A stretch of DNA of 64,000 nt, taken from assembly GCA_002104945.1 (NCBI GenBank), contig MCFH01000059.1:124001-188000 (forward strand), in the 5' to 3' direction. This document shows, piece by piece, positions 52,992 through 64,000 of the stretch. Every line of letters starts with the position of its first letter. Positions within the stretch are counted from its first letter, which is position 1. The notes beneath the pieces are model-generated. The model saw only the letters and a program-made list of their open reading frames with translations, was not told the origin of the DNA and made no database searches. The position numbers were made by a program, and so were the translations under genes. This stretch comes from Piromyces finnis finn (Eukaryota > Fungi > Neocallimastigomycota).

Positions 52992-53460
52992 ATTTTATAG
53001 TACTGGTTCTGATAAATATCTTACTGTAAAAAAATGGTATAGCAGTCAATTCTTAAAATATTGAAGTCAATTTTGTAAAATAAAAGTGGTTAATTACTAA
53101 TATGGATGATGTTACTATTATCATTCTTAGTGAATTTAGTAATTACATGTTAGATGTTAATGGTGGTAGTGATAAATATGGTGCTAATACTCATATATAT
53201 GATGCTTACTCTGGAAAATCATTCTTAGGGAAACTTATCAAAGTAATATTTATACCATAAATACTAAAGTTACTTTTGATAAAAAAGTTTTTGATGTTTA
53301 AAATGAAGGCAAATCTGATGGTAGTAATGTTTGTCAATGAGAAAATAGTAAAAGACCAAATCAAACATGGGTATTTATTAGTGGACTAAATGGTGAAATA
53401 GAACAACTAAAGGAGGATCCAAAAGAAGAATCATGCTCTTGCTTTAGACTATTCATGTTG
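52992..53460 (+). pseudogene. Decayed ricin-B (RICIN) lectin-repeat coding fragment
   Basis: Translates with stops and frameshifts to WLITNMDD..IILSEFSNYMLDVNGGSDKYGANTHIYDA and KVFDV..GKSDGSNVCQ*ENSKRPNQTWVF, the LDV....GAN/NQxW pattern. Confidence 0.6.
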
Positions 53461-53520
53461 TAAATCTTGTAAGAAATTTTTACTCTCATTATATTTAAGA
53501 GATTAAAAATAGAATTGAAT

Positions 53521-53665
53521 AGACGCGGAAGTGTGTCTTACCTTATTCCTTGAATGATAACTTCAAGTATGAGGATAAATCCTTTGCAGACGACTTAAAT
53601 TTAGAACGAGGTATTGTAGAGTAACCTTGTTGCTACGATCTATTGAGATTTATTGTTCTCTAATT
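53521..53665 (+). rRNA. Degenerate orphan fragment of the 3' end of LSU (25S/28S) rRNA; non-functional
   Basis: ggataaatcctttgcagacgactta...aacgaggtattgtagagtaaccttgttgctacgatctattgagatt matches the conserved eukaryotic LSU 3' end, with small deletions; no other rDNA nearby. Confidence 0.85.
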
Positions 53666-55133
53666 TACTTGTACTTTTTTTCTATACCATTTTAATTTTA
53701 AGTAGCATTATTAATAATGGTCAGTATATTAAATCCACAAAATAAAAAACACAAAATAAAAAACAAAAAATAAAAAACACAAAATAAAAAAAAACGTGTT
53801 GCTTTTAAAATTGACGTATAATATCATTATATTATTAATAAGTTTAAGAGTTCTAGTTAAAGATAAATCATTAAAATAGCTTGTATCATCATATTATTTA
53901 TTGTTACTTTTATAATAAATCATTAACAATATCTTTTCAAAGATATTACAAAAGAAATTGGTATTAATAATAAAATTACATCCACCATAATATAATAAGG
54001 AATCCTATTAATATATTAATAAACAATTAAATTTTTATAGTTATTAGATTTGGTTATAAAATATACAAAACATTTAAATTTTTTTTTAATATAATTCATA
54101 ATATGTTAATTCCGCATTATTAATCATTTTTAAGTTACTTCTATTATATATATCCAAATATAAATTCTTTTATCTTCAATATGTTAAAAGTCTACTCTTT
54201 TGTAATAATTATTTATAATTATTTATTGAATTTGTGTATATCTATTATATATTTTATAAAAAATATTTAAAATGTTTCAGGAATAATTTCTTTTTAAAAA
54301 AATAAATTAATTTATTAAACGGTAATTAAATAACGATGTAAAAAAAATTGTAGAGGATGGAAAATCGACTTTTTTCTTTAAACCTTAATTATTATAATTA
54401 TCACTTTTAATAAAAGTTTTTGTATAAGAATAAAAAATTAATGTGGAAATAACTACTAATTGATGTCCTTTGAATTAGCAACAGTTTTTATAATTTATAG
54501 ATAAATATTATTATATTATTATTTTTATATGGAGTATAGCTTAAAAATATAATTTTATTTTAAATACTTTATAAATTTCGTTTTAATTGAATTAGGTCAT
54601 TGATAATAATTAATAATGATAAAAAGAATTAAAAACCTCTCTTTTATTTATACTGAACTATTAATATATCGATGAATTATAAACATATATATGTTATATA
54701 TATTAGACTAGTATAATTTAAATATAAAATAAACTATAATAATTCATTTTATTATATATAATCTTTAATATGAAAAAAAAAAAAAAACATACACATTTTT
54801 TTTTTTTTGAAGATCTAGATCTAAAAAAGTTTTAAGTAGATAAAAATAACGAACACAAACTAAAAATTAATTAAAACTAATACTTTTATAATATATTTAA
54901 GTGGTAAATCTTATTTTTACGATTATTCTAAGAGTGCTTGAATCCATCTTAGGGTTAACCCTTAATACTTTTATAAATAAAATTAATAGATTTGCTATGG
55001 ATTATATTTATTACAATTGATGTTTAATATTACAAATAATATAATGTTGAAAAAATTATAAATAGTCTGAATTTTTTCTTTAAAAATCCAAAAAAAGTAT
55101 ATATTAAAAAGAAATATATATATATAAATAAAA

Positions 55134-56513
55134 ATGAAATACCTTAGTTTAACTCTCTCATCTATTCTCTCCATTACATATATTACTGCTGCTCCAACTT
55201 ATACAAGTAGATGTGGTATTGGATATGGTGAATGTGATCCTGGCTTTTGCTGTAGTGAATTTGGTTGGTGTGGTCAATCTAATAGCCACTGTTTAATTTC
55301 AAATGGTTGTCAATCTGAGTTTGGTAAATGTATTGGTGATATTTCAACAAATGGTCAATGTGGTCCACAAAATGGTTATACTGTATGTCCATCTGGTAGA
55401 TGCTGTAGTGAACATGGATGGTGTGGAACAGAAAGTATTCATTGCGGTACAGGATGTCAATCTGAATTTGGTCAATGTAATAATTCTTTACCACCAACTT
55501 TAATAACAAGTACCGTCCCAAAAACCACCACCATACCTAGTACTCCTAAAACTACAACCACAACTAAAGCTACTACAACCAGAACTACTACAAAAAAGAC
55601 TACTACTACAACTAAGGCTACAACATCTAAAGCTACAACCACTAGAACGACTACAACTAAAACTAGTACATCTCCTACATCAATAACTAGATGTGGTAAA
55701 GGATATGGTGAATGTAGTCCAGGCTATTGTTGTAGTAAATTTGGATGGTGTGGTAAAGAAGACAGCCATTGTAAACTTTCAAAAGGATGCCAATCTGAAT
55801 TTGGTACATGTACCGGACTTTCTACTAATGGTAAATGTGGACCTAAGAATGGTGACACTGTATGCCCATCCGGTAAATGCTGTAGTGAACATGGATGGTG
55901 TGGAACCGAAAATGCTCATTGTGGTTTTGGATGCCAGTCAGAGTTTGGAAAATGTTCTACCCTTAAATCATGTTCTCAAAAAAATGCTTATGGAACTATT
56001 GATAAAGAAGCATTACCAAATGCACCATATATTTGGAGCTTCCTTTTAAGTAAAATTGGAAATGTTTATGGTGCTGCAGGTATGATTGGAAATCTATATG
56101 CTGAATCTCGTCTAAGATCAAATGATCTTGAAGGTATTTATGAAAGAAGTCTTGGAAAAACTGATGAACAATATACAAAGGATGTTGATAATGGAACATA
56201 TAAAAACTTTATATCTAATTCAGCTGGATATGGTTTAGTACAATGGACTTCAAGTAAACGTAAACAGGGCCTTCTTAATTATGCCAAAGAACAAAAAAAG
56301 AGTATTGGAGATCTTCAAATGCAACTTGACTACTTCTGGATAGAACTTAATAAGAATTATAAAGATGTTCTTAGTGTTTTAAAAAGTGCTATATCAGTTA
56401 AGGAAGCTTCTAATAAAGTCGTTTTAGAGTATGAAATTCCTAAAGATCGAAGTGACAGTGTATTAAAAAAGAGAGCCAATTTTGGAGAAATGTTAAAATT
56501 AGCTTGTAATTAA
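55134..56513 (+). CDS. Secreted protein: four CBM18 (hevein) chitin-binding modules plus C-terminal phage-tail-lysozyme (Phage_lysozyme2-like) domain
   Basis: Signal peptide; 4x C..CCS..GWCG....C..GCQSEFG.C; Thr/Lys linker; C-terminal IWSFL..GAAGMIGNLYAES..GYGLVQWT..RKQGL..QLDYFWIEL..AS..V..EYEIP..R. Confidence 0.88.
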   Translation: MKYLSLTLSSILSITYITAAPTYTSRCGIGYGECDPGFCCSEFGWCGQSNSHCLISNGCQSEFGKCIGDISTNGQCGPQNGYTVCPSGRCCSEHGWCGTESIHCGTGCQSEFGQCNNSLPPTLITSTVPKTTTIPSTPKTTTTTKATTTRTTTKKTTTTTKATTSKATTTRTTTTKTSTSPTSITRCGKGYGECSPGYCCSKFGWCGKEDSHCKLSKGCQSEFGTCTGLSTNGKCGPKNGDTVCPSGKCCSEHGWCGTENAHCGFGCQSEFGKCSTLKSCSQKNAYGTIDKEALPNAPYIWSFLLSKIGNVYGAAGMIGNLYAESRLRSNDLEGIYERSLGKTDEQYTKDVDNGTYKNFISNSAGYGLVQWTSSKRKQGLLNYAKEQKKSIGDLQMQLDYFWIELNKNYKDVLSVLKSAISVKEASNKVVLEYEIPKDRSDSVLKKRANFGEMLKLACN

Positions 56514-57631
56514 ATCTAAGGGAAATTATATACATATTATAAATTAAAAATTTATTAATATTATATTAAATTAGATATTCTATATAAATAATTAAAAAAA
56601 AATATAAATATAAAAGAATCTTAATACTATACTAAATAATTAGAATATATAATTATTGATAATAATATAAAAATATAAAAATTATTGTTTTTTATTTTAA
56701 TATTAATAACTCTAAAATTAATAATAAAATAAAATAAAAAAAATAAATGATAAACAAAATAAATATAATAAAAAAAAAATAGAAATAAAATAATAAATAA
56801 ACATAATAAATAAAAAATATAATTTAAACTAATATGTATAGATTATTTACTTATTTTTCTTTTTTTCTTTATTTTTATTTTAATTAAGAATAAAATATTA
56901 CAATAAGCAAAATGAATTATATATGTTTATTCAATTTATAATAAATCAATATTATATTCAGTGATACCATTAAGTCTTTTAAGTCTAATTTTTGAGTACT
57001 TTGAAAAGTTTTCCTTTTTGGAATTTTCATCTTTATAAAAAATATGAATTAAACATATTATATTTTAAATTCATTTTTTTTATTAATAATTTTGAAATTG
57101 TATTAATATATAATAAACAATGATATAAAAATACTATGTGACTTGAACCTATTATTATACTTGTCAATTTTTCCTAATATTAAATTTATATTATGTAATG
57201 TAAAAGAGTTATGTAGATGTATAATCCATATGATACCAGCCCTATCTTTAGACAATTAGTTATTAAGTAAGCCTCATTAGAATAAATAGGCTAGGGAATA
57301 ATTATTATTAAGGAGGCTGGCTTCTTGTTTTTAGTAAAAATTTAATAGTTAACAACGATAGAATTAACGTTTTAGTATTTAGACAGAATAGAAATATTGG
57401 AACGTAATAAAATTATTAATAAAACATATATTATTTAAAGTTAAATTCTTCCTACATAAAATTAACCCGTATCAATAAATTTATTCTTGTGTTATCAATA
57501 AAATTAAAAATAATATTAATTGTTACACAACGTTGTATTACATAATTTAATTATATATTAAAAACGTGTTTTTTATAAATAAAATGTTTATTATTTATAA
57601 ACTTTTGTTATAAGAATAATTTGAAACAGTA

Positions 57632-58182
57632 GTCGTTCCAGTTTTTATCCTGGTTGTTAAGGCGTTTCCTTAGCATACATAAGGCTTCTGGTTCGACCCC
57701 GCAGATGTCAGTGCCTGTGGATTTTCCCACTGGGTTTGCCATGGGTTGGGTTATGATATTCAGGTAAGTATAAATGAACTTTCTAATTTACTACTATGAT
57801 AATAACACTCGTCTAGCCGGCCTGAGAGGGTCTAGTGTACATGGTACATTCCAAATTAGAACTTAATAAGTGGTGACTTAGGCTATGCCAAAAACACATA
57901 ATATTCCTTAATCAATTTAAGTGTAAACATTAGGGGGCGGTTGACACGTGATCAAATTGACTATAAGAGGCTTAGCATTGTAGTTGTGAAATATCGTACA
58001 ACGACATGCATCTAATGTACATGGATTAAGTGAGCGTCGAAGCTGAAGAAACAGTATGACAGACCAGGAGGGTCACAACCACCTAGCAATAGGAATGAGC
58101 CAACGTTTCTCTAAGAACCACCATTGGAGCTAACTCTGATCGATGGGAGAAATGCACTCGGAAGTTAAAAAAAAAAAAAAAA
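57632..58182 (+). mobile_element. tRNA-derived SINE, copy 2 (535-bp core + A16 tail), 10-12 bp TSD tgaaacagta(gt)
   Basis: TSD at 57622-57631 and 58183-58192. Head has D-arm-like GTTAAGGCG, a 5-bp stem with 7-nt loop (cctta-gcataca-taagg) and B-box GGTTCGACCCC. Appears identical to copy 1. Confidence 0.88.
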
Positions 58183-60158
58183 TGAAACAGTAGTTTTAAT
58201 TGTTTCTTCAATATTTATAAGATCATTAGAAAACTCTATATCTAAGCCATATTTTAAAGTTTTTTTATATAGATACTTAAACTATTTTTTTTCTTGTCTT
58301 GTACATTTATGTCAATCAAAATAATGTCTAAGAAAGGCTATTATTACTAATTTTATATATTAGAAAATTTATTAAATAAAAAAAAATAAATTAACGAAAT
58401 ATGGAATTAAATTTTAAAATCTATTATATACTTTAATAAAAGATTCAATATTTATATTTTATATTCTATATTCTATATTATATATAATATATTTATTTTT
58501 TACTTATACAGAAATAGAGGTATCATATTTTTATTGAAAGGTAGAAATAAATATTCAAAATATTATTATTAATATTTTTATATCTTATGTATTATATATA
58601 TATATGAAAGAGTATTAATAAAAATATATGAAAAATCAAATAATATTATACTCTATTTAATCTATACTGTTTATAATAAAACTCAGTTCTTAAATGTATT
58701 CAAAACAATTCATTTTACGGTATAGTATTTACGATATTCTTGAAATATATATATCTGATATAAAAATATTAAAATATTTTGACTTTATTAAGAAAAGTAG
58801 ATCTTATTCGAACTATTTAATTAAAAAAGGAGAAATCAATATAGTTATAATAGTTTACTTTTTTTAATAAAGCTTTATTAATACTATCTAAAGATAAATA
58901 ATAGTCATGGATTTTATTTTCTATTATCAATAAAAGCATATATTATTTGTATTGATTTTTTCAATGAAATTATCATTTGTAATTTCATTACTTTAAAAAT
59001 ACAACAGATGGTGATTTATTGAAAGATTATTTATATGAATTAAAATAATAAAAGAATATAGTGGTAGTAAATGTAGTTTCAGTCAAAATCTAGATTTCAA
59101 AGACAGGAGATGAATTGAATGAAACAAAGGTAGAAGGATTTTTTAAAAGTGATGATATTAACTAACTGGATATAATATTATTGGGAATTCATGAAAAAAC
59201 CCCGACTTTTATAAAGAAATAATAAAAAGATAATTCAAAGTCTAATATGACCTTATGCTAAACCTAAAATAGAATTTGATACAATTTTATAAGATTTTAT
59301 TTTTAGTAATGTTAGTAAAATTAACCATGTACATCAATATAGACTAGGACATACTAATTATTTCTTGTCCATATTAATAAAAAAAAAGATTTTATTAATA
59401 TAAACAAGAAATATATTTAAGTAGAAAAGTTCGGTAGCCATTTTGAAAAAAGGATAAATACTATATTTATGAAAAGTATGAAGTACCTTTTAATAAATAA
59501 AGAATAGTAAAAGATTTTTGAAAGAGAAATCTATACTAAATAATTTATTGAAAATAATAGTTTTATCTTAAAATATTTCAATGGAACAATGTTTCAATAT
59601 ACTAAGTAACTTTGTAAATTTAAAGCTTATTACGAAAGTATTGACAATGAATATACTTCAAATTTATAATTTATATGACGGAATGGTTGGCATTTATAAA
59701 ATATAAAGTTTTTATTTTGATAATTCAATCAAGGCTCAATCTCATGGTTAGAAGAAAACTTTTTGAAGCTTTACTACTATTATAAATATTCAAAGTTAAG
59801 ATTCACCAAAAAAAAAAAAAAAAATCCTCACTAAATGTAAAAAAAAAGCTGCACCGCTTTTTTAAACTTTTTTTTTTTTTACTCTTTACTTAAAAGTTTT
59901 TTTTTTTTTATAAAAATATATTTAATAAACTTTTTATTCTATTCTTTTTTTAATTTATTTTTTTGATTAAATTAATATATCATTTAACAAAAATTATATT
60001 AAAGCTATTTAAATTTAAATGACACTTTAATATATTAATAAAATTAAAAAAAAAAATATAAAAACAAAAAAAATTTTCTTTTTTTTTTTTTTTTTTTTTT
60101 TAGAATCTTCAATTTTTTTTTAAAAAAAAATAAAAACAAAATAGAATAAAAAAAAAAA

Positions 60159-60455
60159 ATGACTAAATTAACTGATGAAGAAATAGATGATTTTTTCATG
60201 AATTCACCTCTATTTGAAGAGGACAGAAAAAAAGAAAAAGAAGAAATAGAAAGGTTAGAAAAAATGTTGATTGGTAATGTAAATTGTCCTATCGTATGTA
60301 AAAGATGTAAAACAAAAAATATTGAATTGAGATCACTTCAAATTCGTCGTACTGACGAAGGTCCTACCTTAGTATATTATTGCATCAATTGTAATAAAAT
60401 AGCAGGTTTTCCTGGAAAGGAGAATGAAGATTTTGTAGAAGATTGGATTTATTAA
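60159..60455 (+). CDS. Minimal TFIIS C-terminal zinc-ribbon protein, NCLDV-type (TFIIS/RPB9-C family)
   Basis: 98 aa: CKRC...LQIRRTDEGPTLVYYCINC retains the acidic DE hairpin. In-frame stop 12 nt upstream of the ATG; no N-terminal zinc ribbon (unlike Rpb9/Rpc11/Rpa12) and no TFIIS domains I-II. Confidence 0.82.
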   Translation: MTKLTDEEIDDFFMNSPLFEEDRKKEKEEIERLEKMLIGNVNCPIVCKRCKTKNIELRSLQIRRTDEGPTLVYYCINCNKIAGFPGKENEDFVEDWIY

Positions 60456-61747
60456 ATATATTATTTCAAATAACTTTTTTAAATTTTTTATATCTTTAAA
60501 ATAAATAAAAAAGAATAATAATTCTTTATAAAAAAAAAAAGTATATTTTATTTAAATAACTTTCAGAAAATATATATATGTCATATATCATATGTATATT
60601 ATGTACATTTAATATATATGTATGTATTTGAATATATATATATTTTTAAAAAAAAAAAAAACTTTTTAAATAATAAAAATTAAATTTCAAACAAGAAAAA
60701 AAATCTATAAATCAATAAATATATAATAAAGGATGCTCATAAATATATATTATTATATATTTAAAGCGACTATTATTAATAATATATAAAAGATTTGAAT
60801 AATATAAGATGGTGGAGGAGGTGCTTGTTTTATGTAAAAGAATTTCTTGTTGTGACTGTATAAATTTTTTCATACTGAAATAAATATATGAATGTTTTGA
60901 TAATAATAAAAAAAAAAAGATTATTTATGATGGTATGGGTATATTGAAAAGGGATAAAGATAGATAAAAAAAAGAATTAAAAAAGGTTATTACTTTGGTG
61001 GTGTTGTATTGTTTTTTTTTTCCACTCCTATTAAATAATAATTAAAAAAAAAAACGAAAAAGTCAAATAAAATAAAGATTTTTATTATAAATAATAATAA
61101 TTTTTTAAAAAAAATAATATTTAATTTTTATTATTATTATTATTATTATTAGATTTATTATATGATTTGTATAAAATTGTTTGTGGTTTATATATGTCAA
61201 AGGTTTGATAAATATATGGTATATGCATTTTTTTTTTTAATAATTTTATATTCTATAAAATTTACAATTGCTTAAGTAGTAGGGGGAATAAGATTAAATA
61301 AATAAAGGTTTAAATGATTATTTTGAAAATAAAAGTTTTATTATTATAATTCTATGAATATTTTATTTATAGTATATATATATTCTTTTTTTTTTTTTTT
61401 TTTTTTAACGATCTATTATATATAGGTTCATAACTATTTTTATAGTCATTCCTTTTTTTTTTTAAGTAACTATTATTATTATTATTATTAAATTATTCTA
61501 TTATTATTTTATATATTTATTATTATTATTATTATTATTAATATAAGTTATGATAAGTAATAATTTAAATTTTTGTAAAATAAAAAAAAAAAAAATAAAG
61601 GTTAATACAAATTAAATTAAAAAAAAAAAAATATTTAGGCTTCTTATTCTTCATTAATTAACGATAAGAATACTTTTTTTTTTTTTTTCAATTTTAATTA
61701 TCATGATCATCCAAAATATATTATGAATTCATCTAGATTCCCTCCCT

Positions 61748-63718
61748 TTATTCAATATGATGGTAGGAAATACCTCTATCTTTGTAGGCGTTAAATTGAT
61801 AAATAATCATAATATCAAAGATAAAGGTACCAACACTACCAATTAAATATGGAAGTGTACCAGTGAAGAATTTTAAATCAATTGGTGGGAAACGTGTAAG
61901 AATGGAAAGACTATAGAATAAATTACCAAGAATTGTACAAACAAAAAGTAAAATGGAAAGTCCTTCAACAGAATGGTTTCTCTTGTTATCAAGAATTTGT
62001 GGAATTCTACTGGTAAAGTAAAGAATACCACTAGACCAGGCCATGATACTACCAAAGACCTTTTGAATTAAACTAAGATTTGGATTGGCATTACAAATTC
62101 TTTGTGGAGCTTCATGGAATGGATTGTCATTTTCTTCATTTTCCTTGATATAATAGTCAATTGCCTTGGCTTGAATTTGAAGAATAAATAAAGAAAAGAG
62201 GGCAATGGTTTGAATAACGGTGGAAAGACCCTTTCCTTTCTTGGCTTTTCTTCCCTTTTTTCCTTTCTTTCCTTTCTTTCCCTTCTTCTTCTTCTTTTTG
62301 ATAATGGAAGATTCACTACGATTAATACCACTTTCTTCTTCATCATTTTTGGTATCGAGACTTAATTGACTGGTAACCTTACTATCTTCATCAAGGGATT
62401 CCTTACTTTCTTCGAGAGATTCCCTACTATCTTCGATTCCGTTATCTTTGATCTTGTCATCATCATCATCTTCTTCCTTTGGTTTAGCGATAATAACCTC
62501 ACCTTGTTCTAATTCTTCTTCTTCTTCTTCTTCTTCTTGTTCTTCTGGTTCTACATGTTGTGATTGTTTTTGACTAACTTCATCTAACGTTTCATATTTT
62601 GATTGACCTTCTTTTTCAACAACTTTTTCTTTTTCTTCTTCTAATTCAGGTTCTTCTACAGTTTTTGAATTTTCAGAGTTTGAAAAAGTAGAGTCAACCT
62701 GAGTAGAATTTGTTGGATAGGAGGAGGAGGCAACAGCTTCAATACCTCTTGAATTAGAAGAGATAGATGCATCGACCTTTGGAGTAGTATCAACTGGATC
62801 TGATGGAGGTTGAGTTGGAACCTTTTGAAAATCACTAAAGGTTTCATAGGAAATTTGAGAAAAAGGTTCATGACGTTTTTCATTATCCGTAGTTTCATTA
62901 TCAATAGTTTTGATAATTAATGGATCATTTTCTGTTGGTTCATCTTCATCATCACTTTCAATCATGGATGGACCTTTATACATATATTTATAGTAAATAT
63001 ATTGACCAATAATAATAACTTCCATTAAGGCAAAGTAAATACCAACAACCTTTTGAATTGGGTATTGCTCGGTTAAAACAGTACCAATATAATTGGCTTT
63101 AGAACATAATAATAATATATATAAAAGGTATTTTATAAATAAAATGTTTACCAATTTTTATTTTTAATCCCTTTCTAGTAAATATAAAACTTTTTTTGAA
63201 TACACATACCAAAATCACCTAAGAACCAAATACCAATTAATAACAATGATAATCCTTCAGTTGTCTTTCTTTTATAGTTTTCATAGATTTGAGGATAAAA
63301 AGCTATTATATATATAAAGAAATACCCATTTAATATTTAATACTATTGTATAATTTTTTTTTGTTTTTTATTTTTTTTTTAAAAATTTTTTCCTTACCTA
63401 TGAAATAAAATAATATAGAAATTACTCCTGAATAATAACTAAATTTTTCAAGTGGAGTGTAAATACAATCCCCTGATAAAGGTAAAGGTAGGTTGGTTGA
63501 AATATTAAATATATATGAAAAAAAATATAAAATATAAAATATGTTAATATGTCAATATGTCAATAGTGGAATAAAAAAAATATCATTTTTGTCAATTTTA
63601 TGTATAAGAGGTTTATTAGGTTTATTACTATTTAAATAAGTATTATTTAAATAATAGTTGACACTTTTTTTTTTAAATTTAACATTAAAATTCCTCGGTT
63701 TAATTCATTCATTTCCAT
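61748..63718 (-). CDS. PQ-loop family (Ypq/PQLC2-like) vacuolar amino-acid transporter, spliced; start approximate
   Basis: Exons give FYPQIYENYKRKTTEGLS..WFLGDF|ANYIG and SRIPQILDNKRNHSVEGLSILLF..LGNLFY (two PQ-loop repeats); long charged linker. The ATG of the track ORF lies in an intron (acceptor at 63097-63098). Confidence 0.85.
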
Positions 63719-64000
63719 AGTGAAAAATAATAAAAATTAACAATATGAATGATGTATGTAAAGTATTTTTTTTTTAATACTTTATTCTATTGCATATAGG
63801 TTTCAATAATAATTTTTCCTTTATAAAATTTACTATTATTGATATACTTTTTTTTTTGTCCATATATTCATATAATATATATTTAATATTGGTAAATCAT
63901 TGTTGTTTTTATTTGTTATATATGTCCATTTTCATATTTGTTTTGCTAAATATCCATGTGAAATCTTTGTAGGAATAAAAAAAAAAACTCTCATAATAAA

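Noticed and set aside
57632-57710. Possible functional tRNA gene
   Set aside because: No acceptor stem, non-canonical anticodon loop and a mismatched T-stem; it is the head of a poly(A)-tailed repeat with TSDs.
58042-58155. Hammerhead ribozyme (CTGAAGA ... GAAA) in the SINE 3' region
   Set aside because: No stem II can form between the CUGANGA and GAAA boxes, and stems I and III are not evident.

Overview
Very AT-rich (roughly 80-85% by eye), intron-containing eukaryotic DNA, almost certainly from an anaerobic gut fungus (Neocallimastigomycota), judged from a CotH protein with two fungal dockerins, CBM18 arrays and extreme homopolymer/microsatellite content. Ordinary host genes: a Pro/Gln-rich protein with a LiaF/DUF2154-like domain, an ankyrin-repeat protein, a large spliced polytopic membrane protein, a single-pass receptor-like SH3 protein, a Cys-rich GPI protein, cotH, three tandem aldo-keto reductases and a PQ-loop transporter. 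Four things stand out. (1) Intact, intronless genes of giant-virus (NCLDV) type sit among host genes: a D6/D11-like SF2 helicase, a minimal TFIIS C-terminal zinc ribbon, a C3H zinc-finger protein and an ORFan, suggesting an endogenised and possibly domesticated viral transcription module. (2) A 2198-aa secreted protein looks like an aerolysin-type pore-forming toxin, with two symmetric ~140-residue Ser/Thr beta-arms flanking a Kex2-cleavable helical tip, followed by lectin arrays. (3) A CBM18x4 plus phage-tail-lysozyme fusion protein. (4) Two apparently identical 535-bp tRNA-headed, poly(A)-tailed SINE copies, each with its own target-site duplication, plus a diverged relative with a covarying hairpin. 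Domain calls come from motif recognition by eye; no searches were run, and exon boundaries of spliced genes are approximate.
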